A DNA stretch of 64,000 nt from a virus. The stretch is taken from positions 37,232 to 101,231 of the IMG/VR virus record IMGVR_UViG_3300033120_001080, one strand, 5' to 3'. The position numbers and the translations under genes were made by a program. The first letter of the stretch is position 1. Each line of letters opens with the position of its first letter. Below the pieces are notes generated by a model. That model was given only the letters and a program-made list of their open reading frames with translations. It had not been told where the DNA came from and made no database searches. Positions 7,278 through 16,023 of this stretch are shown here, one piece after another.

Positions 7278-7368
7278 GCGGGTATGGCCTATTGGTAGGG
7301 CACTGGACTTCCAATCCAGCAAATGGTAATACCATTGTATGAGGGTTCGATTCTCTCTACCCGCTCCA
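7278..7368 (+). tRNA. tRNA-Gly(UCC) with an atypical long variable arm
   Basis: GCGGGTA/TACCCGC, U73, loop CTTCCAA, extra hairpin AATGGT-AAT-ACCATT. Confidence 0.85.
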
Positions 7369-7394
7369 TGATGATTAAAATGATGTGAGAGAAA

Positions 7395-7649
7395 ATGGAG
7401 CCCACATTTATGTGGGGCGTGGTAAGCCCCACAGATCCACAACCGGCATATTTAAAATATGACAACAAGGAGTCAGCAGACCGTCATGCTGCGATCATGA
7501 CATCGTTGATAGAATGTTGGGAATCAACCCCCGGGTTCTGGAACAAGGATTATTGGCAGTCTAAACCTGAACCCTGGATAGTGGTGCCGTTGGGTCTGGT
7601 ACTGCCCAATGCTGTCATCAAGTATCAAAAAGACAGCAGTGTTGTTTAG
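7395..7649 (+). CDS. Hypothetical protein
   Basis: 84-aa ORF. Confidence 0.6.
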   Translation: MEPTFMWGVVSPTDPQPAYLKYDNKESADRHAAIMTSLIECWESTPGFWNKDYWQSKPEPWIVVPLGLVLPNAVIKYQKDSSVV

Positions 7650-7778
7650 TCATCGGTTTTAAACATGTGAGCAACTGAGAATTTGTAGATACTGTGGATC
7701 TGAAACCAAAACTCCAGATACCATTGATAGTTGACACCGAAATTGACAATCAACAACCCATAATCATGGAATTGAATC

Positions 7779-8168
7779 ATGTCCTCAAATGAATTTGATC
7801 TCGAAAAATTTGTCCAACAGCTGTTGGTGGACTGTGATGGTGATGTGCGCAGCGGCTTGTTCCACTCTGAAATCTCGCCAACCCGGCCGCAGTATTGCAG
7901 CGATGCCGAATTCAAGTTTCGAAACAAGCTAGAGACCGCTGCGGTGTCGCTGGCCCACGAAGACAGTTATGGCGGTGAGGGCCAAGGGGAAGACTTTTGG
8001 TCAGTTTATTCGTTCTCTAACGGTGACCGCACCGTTTACGTCAAATTCGATGGTTGGTATAGATCCTACAGTGGAGCTTACTTGGACAGTTGGTTCTTTG
8101 TGGAACCAAAAGAAAAAGTCGTAGTGGTTTATGAACCCACAGTGGCGGGATCCCAACACAACCAGTAG
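7779..8168 (+). CDS. YGGEGQG-motif phage protein (paralog 1)
   Basis: SYGGEGQGEDFWSVY...KFDGWY shared with 32486 and 32894. Confidence 0.8.
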   Translation: MSSNEFDLEKFVQQLLVDCDGDVRSGLFHSEISPTRPQYCSDAEFKFRNKLETAAVSLAHEDSYGGEGQGEDFWSVYSFSNGDRTVYVKFDGWYRSYSGAYLDSWFFVEPKEKVVVVYEPTVAGSQHNQ

Positions 8169-8270
8169 CCACACAAAAGCAAAGTGTTGCAGGCGAGAAA
8201 AGACACTTGTTGCTCCTATGATATATCATAACTGATGTTCCAGCCCCAGCCTGTGACATCTCAACTAGAG

Positions 8271-8320
8271 GTCAATTACTGCACGACTAAAGATCGTGCA
8301 GTTTTACGCTCCACAGATAA
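8271..8320 (+). repeat. 50-bp palindromic element resembling an IS200/IS605 end (copy A)
   Basis: GTCAATTACTGCACGACTAAAGATCGTGCAGTTTTACGCTCCACAGATAA; 49/50 identical to the reverse complement of 40760-40809. Confidence 0.85.
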
Positions 8321-8322
8321 AA

Positions 8323-8508
8323 ATGACAGATGATGAAATTCAGGTGTCAGAAACGCTGGCAGCAGCATGGAACCAGTTTCTTCAACTTCCTGTTCAACAT
8401 CCGGATCATCAAACTGAATTTCGTTTTGTAATTCACCAAGCTCAACGCATGATTTTTGCCCAGGTGGGGGCTCGTGAATATCGAAAATTAACATCGCCGA
8501 TGGGATAG
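8323..8508 (+). CDS. Hypothetical protein
   Basis: MTDDEIQV...AWNQFLQLPVQHPD. Confidence 0.6.
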   Translation: MTDDEIQVSETLAAAWNQFLQLPVQHPDHQTEFRFVIHQAQRMIFAQVGAREYRKLTSPMG

Positions 8509-8578
8509 CAGAGGTCCAAATATGCTTGTTCAGGTAAATACACAGTGGCGTTGACACTGTGATAATTCAGTTCTATCA

Positions 8579-8618
8579 GAAATGCAGAAAGGCCACCCGG
8601 GTGGCCTTTCTGCATTTC
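8579..8618. terminator. 40-bp perfect palindrome (terminator or operator)
   Basis: GAAATGCAGAAAGGCCACCC|GGGTGGCCTTTCTGCATTTC. Confidence 0.6.
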
Positions 8619-8639
8619 ATTGTGACCATTAAACCAAAA

Positions 8640-9269
8640 ATGAAAATAAACGAAATAACCAGACCCGAATCCATCGTGGATGCCGATGACTTCCTGAGAA
8701 GTCGAGGGTACCATAGAATAGGCAGGGGTAGCTTTGCTGGAGTGTATCAAAAGCAGAAGGATCAGGTGTTGAAGTTGTTCGTCAGCGAGGACGCTTCATT
8801 CAGAAAATTCCTGGAGATGATCAAATCCGCCAATAATCCTCATTTTCCTGTGGCATTGGGCAATCCCATCAGAATCAACGACACGTACTATGGGATAAAA
8901 TTGAAACAACTTGAACCCATTGAGGGATCGTTGGCCTACAACTTGTCGGTAGCCTGTTCTAGATATATCAATGACCTACAACTAGGTCGTCAACCCAGCG
9001 CCACATCTGTAGCATTTAAATGGATTCAGCCTTATACTCGTTCTTTTGATGAATTTGATCAAGCATGCAAGATGATTGCTCAGATGATGCAAACAGACGA
9101 TGACATATCATTGGATATCTCCGAGTCAAACATCATGTTTAGGGGCAACATACTGGTGTTCTCAGATCCAGTGACTTCTCGGATGGGCTGGTCCGCTGAT
9201 GAATTTGAATTTTCAGATGAGAGGGCACAGCAGCCACAGCCGCAAGATCACTTGGATAACTGGAAGTAA
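8640..9269 (+). CDS. Putative Ser/Thr protein kinase (T7 gp0.7-like fold)
   Basis: Gly-loop IGRGSFAGVY, VLKL lysine, DISESNIM catalytic loop, VFSDP. Confidence 0.65.
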   Translation: MKINEITRPESIVDADDFLRSRGYHRIGRGSFAGVYQKQKDQVLKLFVSEDASFRKFLEMIKSANNPHFPVALGNPIRINDTYYGIKLKQLEPIEGSLAYNLSVACSRYINDLQLGRQPSATSVAFKWIQPYTRSFDEFDQACKMIAQMMQTDDDISLDISESNIMFRGNILVFSDPVTSRMGWSADEFEFSDERAQQPQPQDHLDNWK

Positions 9270-9270
9270 C

Positions 9271-10221
9271 ATGCGAATAATTGAAATTCTTGAAGCCAGA
9301 GACAACACCCGAAGAAACAAGATGTTGTATTTTCGTCAGACGGTGGACAGCATTCTGGAAAAAATACGCAGCAAGGTTGTGGTGGTGTTTGACACCGAAA
9401 CATCGGGACTCAGCGTTAAATTACCCTGGGTTCAGGTCACTGAAGTGGCAGCCATTGCCTTTGAAGCTGACACTGGCCGGCAATTAGGCACTTTTCACAA
9501 AAAAATCAAATTGCGTCCTGAAACTCGGGCAGAAATTGCTGTTCAAAAAAAGAATATTTCAGCTCAGGATCGCGGAAGTCTCGAAGGCCCCAGAGGAGCC
9601 AACATTCCTGATCTGTTTAGGATGAGCCGATACGGCGACGATGATGCCCCGCGTGAAGATATCCGTGCAGTGTATCAGGGATTTGCGGATTTTATATCAC
9701 AATATGAAAAACCGGTGTTGTTGGGGCAGAACGTGGGATTTGACATGGGGCAGATGTTTGCACCTCTGAAGAAACTGGGCATACCCAGACCCAAATTTGG
9801 TGAAGTCATGGACACCATGACCATGGCCAGGACCTGGATCTACCCCATGTTGCGTGCTGGTGAGGCGGCTGGGGATGCAACGTCGGCAAATATGGTGAAA
9901 AAGTTTGAAGTTGTGAAAAACGGCAAACCTGGTCTGTCGTTTACACTGGGCAAATTAGGCGATGTATTTTCGGTGCCGGCACAGCATTGGCATTCGGGTA
10001 TCAGTGACGCCATGCAAACCTATCATATTTTTGTCAAAATGCTGGAATACCTACGGCGCGCCAAGGCACAGGGATATGATCAGAGCGATGAGTTCCGGCA
10101 GCAGCATGCCACCATGAGTGGGCAGGCGTTCTCCTATGGCAAACGCCCAGCTTTTGGATCCACTGTGAAATCTGATACAGCCAAAGGCATCGCTGCCCGT
10201 GGTAAGCCCAGAAAACAATAA
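9271..10221 (+). CDS. DEDDh 3'-5' exonuclease
   Basis: FDTETSG, GQNVGFD, WHSGISDA motifs. Confidence 0.85.
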   Translation: MRIIEILEARDNTRRNKMLYFRQTVDSILEKIRSKVVVVFDTETSGLSVKLPWVQVTEVAAIAFEADTGRQLGTFHKKIKLRPETRAEIAVQKKNISAQDRGSLEGPRGANIPDLFRMSRYGDDDAPREDIRAVYQGFADFISQYEKPVLLGQNVGFDMGQMFAPLKKLGIPRPKFGEVMDTMTMARTWIYPMLRAGEAAGDATSANMVKKFEVVKNGKPGLSFTLGKLGDVFSVPAQHWHSGISDAMQTYHIFVKMLEYLRRAKAQGYDQSDEFRQQHATMSGQAFSYGKRPAFGSTVKSDTAKGIAARGKPRKQ

Positions 10222-10233
10222 TTTCCTGCATCA

Positions 10234-10262
10234 TTGACTTAACATGTGAATAGTGCTAACAT
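10234..10262 (+). promoter_or_regulatory. Sigma70-like promoter
   Basis: TTGACT-N17-TAACAT. Confidence 0.55.
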
Positions 10263-10298
10263 ACAGAACACTGTTACCTGTGTTCACTGGAGTCAAAT

Positions 10299-11726
10299 AT
10301 GAAAATTCACAATGTTAGGTTGGGTTTCGCTACCAACAGCAGCAGCAGCCACAGCATTATTTTTGATGCCAGTATTCATCCCCAGGATGACTACAATGAC
10401 TTTGGTTGGAGTTACTTTACAGTGAGTTCATCGCAAGCCAAACTTGCGTATGTGACAGCCACACTGCATCAAAACCTCAGCCGGTCTCTGCCCAATGAGC
10501 TGGTCAACGCCATCATTCGTGGTCTGGACTTGCCTGACGTGGAGCTCAGTAGCTGGGGATACCCCGAACTGTCAGTGGATCATCAGTCGTTGTTTGCTCT
10601 GCCACATGCTTTTGGCACCAATCAGGTGAGTCTGGAATTCTTTGAAGAATTTCGAGATTACTTGGTCAGAGACGGTGTGCACATTCTTGGCGGCAACGAC
10701 AACGACGACGAGGAGCATGATCTGGACTCTGAAAGCAAGCGGCTGTCGTTCGGTGACTGGGGACCAGATCGTCCAGTGGCCACGTGTCGCCGTGATGGTG
10801 ATTGGTGGACCTTGTATAGTCCAGGCACTGGTGATCGTGTGGTGCTGTCATTCAAAGACAATCCAGCACCCTATGCCCCGGAAACTCCGGCTCTGGTGGA
10901 TATCAAAGTCACTGATTACTGTGATCATGGATGTGCCTACTGCTACCAGGGCAGCACCATTGCTGGCCAACACATGGATGACGGCGATATCTATGCCTAC
11001 ACCAAGTTGCTGTCTGAAGCCAAGGTATTTGAAATCGCAGTGGGCGGCGGTGAACCCACGCAATTTCCCAGATTGGTGGAATTCATAAGTGCATGCCGTC
11101 GTCGGGGCATTATAGTGAACTTCACCACAAAGAGCACTGACTGGCTGGAGGATCAGCAGCGTGCTGACACCATATTGCCTCTGATTGGCGCGTTTGCCTA
11201 CAGTGCCGACGCCAGAAGCATGCAAACTCTGGAAAGAATTCACACCATATTCAAGTATCGCAACTATGATCTCAGAAAATTCACAGTGCAGATTATCCCT
11301 GCAGCCATGAACGAGTACGAGTTCAAAAATTTGATGACCACATGTCATCGACTGCAGATCAGAGCCACACTGTTGGGTTTCAAAGAAACTGGACGCGGTG
11401 CCAAGTTCAAAGAAATTGCCATTAATCGCAGCTGGAATCGGTTTGATGAAACAAAGTGGATCGAGGTGATCAAAGAGCTGTACGAAAAATGCACTCTGCA
11501 CAGCATCAGCATTGACACCACCATGGCTGCACGATATCAAAATCATTTGCAGGAATCTGGAATACCTGACTGGCTGTACCATATTCATGAGGGCCGTTAT
11601 TCCATGTATATCGATGCCGTGAACCATCAGTGTGGCCCTTCGTCATATCATCTGGAGCATCTCCGTCCAGTGAATAAACACACTGACAAACTTCGTGACA
11701 TATTCAAACAGATCGAGGCTGTGTGA
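10299..11726 (+). CDS. Radical SAM protein
   Basis: CDHGCAYC (CxxxCxxC), GGGEP. Confidence 0.88.
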   Translation: MKIHNVRLGFATNSSSSHSIIFDASIHPQDDYNDFGWSYFTVSSSQAKLAYVTATLHQNLSRSLPNELVNAIIRGLDLPDVELSSWGYPELSVDHQSLFALPHAFGTNQVSLEFFEEFRDYLVRDGVHILGGNDNDDEEHDLDSESKRLSFGDWGPDRPVATCRRDGDWWTLYSPGTGDRVVLSFKDNPAPYAPETPALVDIKVTDYCDHGCAYCYQGSTIAGQHMDDGDIYAYTKLLSEAKVFEIAVGGGEPTQFPRLVEFISACRRRGIIVNFTTKSTDWLEDQQRADTILPLIGAFAYSADARSMQTLERIHTIFKYRNYDLRKFTVQIIPAAMNEYEFKNLMTTCHRLQIRATLLGFKETGRGAKFKEIAINRSWNRFDETKWIEVIKELYEKCTLHSISIDTTMAARYQNHLQESGIPDWLYHIHEGRYSMYIDAVNHQCGPSSYHLEHLRPVNKHTDKLRDIFKQIEAV

Positions 11727-12148
11727 TGTGTGAGCAATGTTTGGTCAACCCGCTGTTCTATGGCCAGGTGTTTGGAGATTGGCAGCTGATTCGAGCCCGA
11801 CGGGATGGAAATGAAATGAAAGTCGGTGACTGGGGCCTGGTGCTGGTCAATGATCCCAGTTTCGTCTGGCAAACCTCTCCGATGATCAGTGATGAATATG
11901 CACCCGATGACTTCTATCAATCATTGTGTTGCATGTTACCCTTGCAGGGCAAGCGGTTTGCAGAAAGCTGTATTTCGGCTGGCTTCAAAGGCGACTCGGA
12001 CTACGACTTGGTGGATTGGCTATGGCGCAAGGTGGTGATGTGTGCGCAAAATACGCCCTCTACCTGGGAGGATGCCTTCCCGCAGCTGGATGAAATCCGC
12101 AACCATGATTACAGTTTGGGCATGACTGACCAGAAATCATCACAATGA
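11723..12148 (+). CDS. Hypothetical protein
   Basis: Overlaps the radical SAM stop; N-terminal CxxC. Confidence 0.7.
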   Translation: MMCEQCLVNPLFYGQVFGDWQLIRARRDGNEMKVGDWGLVLVNDPSFVWQTSPMISDEYAPDDFYQSLCCMLPLQGKRFAESCISAGFKGDSDYDLVDWLWRKVVMCAQNTPSTWEDAFPQLDEIRNHDYSLGMTDQKSSQ

Positions 12149-12158
12149 TGTTTGATGT

Positions 12159-12185
12159 AAAAAGCCAGGCATGCCTGGCTTTTTT
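12159..12185. terminator. Intrinsic terminator
   Basis: AAAAGCCAGGCA|TGCCTGGCTTTT + T-run. Confidence 0.7.
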
Positions 12186-12210
12186 GTGACCACTTGGCAG
12201 AGGCCATCAC

Positions 12211-12456
12211 ATGCATGAATTTCCTGAACCTCTGGATGATTCCAGTGAAAACCCTCAGTACCACCAACAACCCGTGTGGGACCAAGAGGGCATGATCATA
12301 GGCTATGAATTGATATTAGATGAAGCCGGGCAGGCTATTCCCTCAACCATATGTATCTGCCATGCTTTGGAACCCAATGAGTGTGTGTGCGGTGCCTGGG
12401 ATGATGTAGATACTGATGACTGGTATCGTGACGATCACGATGACCTGGACGCTTGA
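12211..12456 (+). CDS. Acidic hypothetical protein
   Basis: GAGG RBS; CIC...CVCG. Confidence 0.6.
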   Translation: MHEFPEPLDDSSENPQYHQQPVWDQEGMIIGYELILDEAGQAIPSTICICHALEPNECVCGAWDDVDTDDWYRDDHDDLDA

Positions 12457-12481
12457 CTACCGCACTGAATCTGCGTATAAT
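12453..12481 (+). promoter_or_regulatory. Sigma70-like promoter
   Basis: TTGACT-N17-TATAAT. Confidence 0.7.
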
Positions 12482-12511
12482 GTGGAGACCCCGTTACCTT
12501 ACGAGATTGCA

Positions 12512-12856
12512 ATGAAAGAAAAAAATACCGAGACTCGGAGAAAAATTGTCGAACGAGTCGATGACTTCAATTACATCACTGGCTGCTGTTCTCTCGGAGA
12601 GATCCAGTCTTTGGTTAATAACCTGTCCGCTATTTATGGGGCCAACGCCACCATTGAGTTTGATTATGATGACTACAACGGGTTCACAGAATGCATAAGA
12701 TTCATTCGTGAAGAAACTGACGAGGAAATGAACGCCAGGTTGGAACAACAACTGAAAAAGAAAGCTGACAAGCTGGCTGCGAAGAAAAACAAGCTCAAAC
12801 AAGAGCGCAAAGAATACGAACGACTGCGTCGCAAGTTCGAAAAGGACGAATCATGA
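12512..12856 (+). CDS. REETDEE coiled-coil family protein (paralog 1)
   Basis: REETDEEMNAR...ERKEYERL shared with 15636 and 20617. Confidence 0.8.
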   Translation: MKEKNTETRRKIVERVDDFNYITGCCSLGEIQSLVNNLSAIYGANATIEFDYDDYNGFTECIRFIREETDEEMNARLEQQLKKKADKLAAKKNKLKQERKEYERLRRKFEKDES

Positions 12857-13182
12857 GTGATTGTGATTGTGGGTGCAACACGCCAGTGGCCACCACGCCA
12901 AAAGACATGCTGGAATTCCTGGCCAACAGGTTCGAGTATGCTGGTGTCTCCGAAGCCGTGGCATTGTGGTATGCCAGGGACATTCGACGGATTCTCAAGG
13001 AACACTATGGGGCAACTCGACGTGCTGTGTTCTATGATAGCAGCTGGCGCTGGAGGAGAGTGTTTGTGACCTTGGTGGAGCCAGGGGAATCAGATTCAGA
13101 GGCGATTCTCCGAGCAACAGAAATGCAGCCAAACCCCGGCAACCGCTTCTATGTGGAAGAATACACTGGCCCAGAAAAATGA
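12853..13182 (+). CDS. Hypothetical protein
   Basis: ATGA-coupled to both neighbours. Confidence 0.7.
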   Translation: MSDCDCGCNTPVATTPKDMLEFLANRFEYAGVSEAVALWYARDIRRILKEHYGATRRAVFYDSSWRWRRVFVTLVEPGESDSEAILRATEMQPNPGNRFYVEEYTGPEK

Positions 13183-13439
13183 ACGAAATAGTCAAAGAAA
13201 TCGCACAGCAGGCTCATACTCATGCTAGGTAACATATCGAAGAATGCCAGGCATATGGGTATCACATGGACCATGATGAGAAGACTATTCAGTTTGAAAG
13301 AAAATTTGCAGAATTGTTGATCGATAGATGCTGCGATGTGATCGTCCGTGGTGGGTATTGGAACACGTTTGATGGTAGAAAAAGACCCGGCACTCCTCAG
13401 GAAATCGCAGCCATGATCAAAGATGTATTCACAAAGTAG
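13179..13439 (+). pseudogene. EKFAELI family gene with in-frame TAA at 13230
   Basis: MNEIVKEIAQQAHTHAR*HIEE...ERKFAELLIDRC. Confidence 0.65.
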
Positions 13440-13466
13440 CGTGGGTGTGGTATAAAACACAAAAAT

Positions 13467-14036
13467 GTGAGTCTCGTAATGGATAAATTCGAAACGTTTA
13501 AGCTCAGCTATGATAAATCTGTTGCTAAAATCAAGCACTATCTCAAGCTCGATGGCCATAAATCTGGTTTAGCCAAGCTTGCAGAATGGTTTTTGACCAC
13601 AGATGCAAATCCATATTCATTTTTGCCCCATGACTGGGCATCGAGCTTCAACACTGCAGAAGGATTTTCGAGTCTTCTGAAATATATTGATCACGCATGT
13701 TACGACGACGGTGACATCACATTCGTCAAAGTTCTGGATGAGCCAAGAATTGTGTTCGCCCACAGACACGATGACTGGTTTGAAGATTTGTGTTTTCGTG
13801 ATAACGAGAAGGAGTACATGCGCAGAACTTTCAAAAAGGTTGAAATAGAAGTTCTGAATATTGGACCAGAAGAATTTGGTCCAATATATGATGAATATCA
13901 ACGTGAGAGGATCAAGATGTTTTTTATGTGGGAAGCAGGCTCAAATCTTGAGCGGGCAGCAGAATACTACCGGAAATATCTTTGCTGGGATGAATCCTGG
14001 GTAGAAGAGTTCAAAAAACATTCGATGAAAAAATGA
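13467..14036 (+). CDS. Hypothetical protein
   Basis: 189-aa ORF. Confidence 0.75.
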   Translation: MSLVMDKFETFKLSYDKSVAKIKHYLKLDGHKSGLAKLAEWFLTTDANPYSFLPHDWASSFNTAEGFSSLLKYIDHACYDDGDITFVKVLDEPRIVFAHRHDDWFEDLCFRDNEKEYMRRTFKKVEIEVLNIGPEEFGPIYDEYQRERIKMFFMWEAGSNLERAAEYYRKYLCWDESWVEEFKKHSMKK

Positions 14037-14068
14037 ACCGTGTTCATTAATGACTATTTTGGAGAACA

Positions 14069-14317
14069 GTGATGTATCGAATTTATACCGAAGTCAATTT
14101 AGCAGAAACATGTCGAGACCCAGATGATATACGATATACCGAACTTGGTGGCTCAGATGACTTGAACACAGCCATTGAGTTCGCCAAAAAATACATCAAG
14201 CAGAAGTTTATTTTCCCAGAACGAGCAGTGTTATACGAGCACAATGGATCATACAGCGCCACTGATTCAGGATCTTGGCCCAAGACCATTGTCATTGAAA
14301 AACTAAAGGAAATTTGA
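14069..14317 (+). CDS. Hypothetical protein
   Basis: GGAG RBS. Confidence 0.65.
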   Translation: MMYRIYTEVNLAETCRDPDDIRYTELGGSDDLNTAIEFAKKYIKQKFIFPERAVLYEHNGSYSATDSGSWPKTIVIEKLKEI

Positions 14318-14343
14318 TCTGATTAGCTTGACCGAGAAATTGC

Positions 14344-14676
14344 ATGCGAATTGGCGACCGAGTGAAGATTAACTGCATAAGTCAGCCGTGTTTGATGTAT
14401 CTTTATTTCGCAAACAAGGATTACACACCAGACGTCTACAATTCGCACATGTTGGAGTGTGTTGGAACAGTGGGCAAGGTGACAGACATAATAGAGTTCC
14501 CCTTGAATGTGACGGTAATCAGAGTCAATGTGTTAGGCGGGTACGATATATACGCATTGGAGACTGATGTTTCAGTTACAGACGAAGATCCTACCACAGC
14601 TGAATTTTTACCAAAATGGATGATGGCCAGAATCAATTCGTTAAACGCATATCAGGATATCAGTGATCGATGGTGA
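14344..14676 (+). CDS. Hypothetical protein (SH3/KOW-like start)
   Basis: MRIGDRVKI. Confidence 0.65.
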   Translation: MRIGDRVKINCISQPCLMYLYFANKDYTPDVYNSHMLECVGTVGKVTDIIEFPLNVTVIRVNVLGGYDIYALETDVSVTDEDPTTAEFLPKWMMARINSLNAYQDISDRW

Positions 14677-14798
14677 GCAAAGTTTATGGAAATTAATGAT
14701 AGAGTCAGGATCAAATCTACCCTTCAACATCGACTAATATGGCAGCATCATTAACTGCTGGCAGTGGTTGAAACAAACTGAAAAATAAACTCAACAAG

Positions 14799-15566
14799 GT
14801 GACTACCATGAATGAAATCAACACTCACGACACTGTGACGGAACACATGCAACAACTGGCAGTGGGCAGCCTGGCCAAATGGTCACAGATGATAGTCACT
14901 GGGAAGCCAGTGACTCCGGAACAGGCCAAGGAAATTATCTTTTTGACTGATTCTTTCCTCACTGATCCCAGTGATTATGCTGGCGGCAATGCTAGTCAAT
15001 TCAACCGATGGTATCGATCTCAATCTGGATTGGATCGACTCAACATCGAACAAAAATACCCCGAGGGGCACACATATCAAGTCACTGATTGGGTCAAATA
15101 CCAGTCCTTGCTGGATGCGCTGGGTGTGATACGTACCAGTTATGTCACCAATGATTGGGCCTCTTGCTGTTTCATCGGCGGTCCTCATGGATGGTGCCAT
15201 CCCAACGGCACCATTTCATTTTTTGACAATGTGGGCAAATGGCCCAGCCTCACGGAAATCTATGAAGATTGGGCAGCCATTGCTGGCAGGTTTCCGTATT
15301 TGGATCTCAACGTCACCTTGATGAACGCTGAGAACGTCGAAGATCATGCTGCGCCGGTGATCAACTTCAGAGTAGTGGGCGGATTGGTGACACCGCAGTC
15401 CCCGGATTTAAGCGTGCACACACAGACCAGAGGTCGTGTGTTAGACATCAATGGATTGGTTGACTCTCTGCTGCACAATCCATCTAGAGAGCTGGGATTG
15501 CCCAGTGCCTGGTACGAGGAATTCGCTCATCGAGTGTTGGTGGAAGTGGAAAAATTGATGGCATAA
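14799..15566 (+). CDS. Hypothetical protein
   Basis: 255-aa ORF; GGPHGWCHPNG...NVGKWPS. Confidence 0.8.
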   Translation: MTTMNEINTHDTVTEHMQQLAVGSLAKWSQMIVTGKPVTPEQAKEIIFLTDSFLTDPSDYAGGNASQFNRWYRSQSGLDRLNIEQKYPEGHTYQVTDWVKYQSLLDALGVIRTSYVTNDWASCCFIGGPHGWCHPNGTISFFDNVGKWPSLTEIYEDWAAIAGRFPYLDLNVTLMNAENVEDHAAPVINFRVVGGLVTPQSPDLSVHTQTRGRVLDINGLVDSLLHNPSRELGLPSAWYEEFAHRVLVEVEKLMA

Positions 15567-15635
15567 TTTTTCCTATGGCCAAATTCAACGGTGGGTACAA
15601 GTTTTCCCACATTAACGATTTTTTGTGAGATTACA

Positions 15636-15941
15636 ATGACTGTGAACCCTGTAAAGAAGATTGTTACCGAAACTGTCCACGAGCATCCCTACATCACCGG
15701 ACGTGAGACTCTTGGCGAGGTTGAATCGGTTGTTTCTGGTCTAATTTCAAAATACGGAAAACGCGCCAGAATAGAATTCTATGGTGGTGTGACAGAGATA
15801 ATTGTATATCGTCGTGAAGAGACTGACGAAGAAATGAATGCCAGAATCGAATCAGAAATGAAAAAAGAAATGAAGCGGAAAGAAAAAGAGCGCAAAGAAT
15901 ACGAACGTCTACGCTCAATATTTGAAAAGGAAGATCAATGA
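15636..15941 (+). CDS. REETDEE family protein (paralog 2)
   Basis: REETDEEMNAR...KERKEYERL. Confidence 0.78.
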   Translation: MTVNPVKKIVTETVHEHPYITGRETLGEVESVVSGLISKYGKRARIEFYGGVTEIIVYRREETDEEMNARIESEMKKEMKRKEKERKEYERLRSIFEKEDQ

Positions 15942-16023
15942 TTGATTATAATTATGAGGACAACGGTTCATTGGGGGACAGACCGGTGAATGATATAAAC
16001 AACCACAAAATGCACAACCGTGG

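Noticed and set aside
13230..13232. Stop-codon reassignment
   Set aside because: Isolated TAA; long conserved genes read through intact and all three stops end genes
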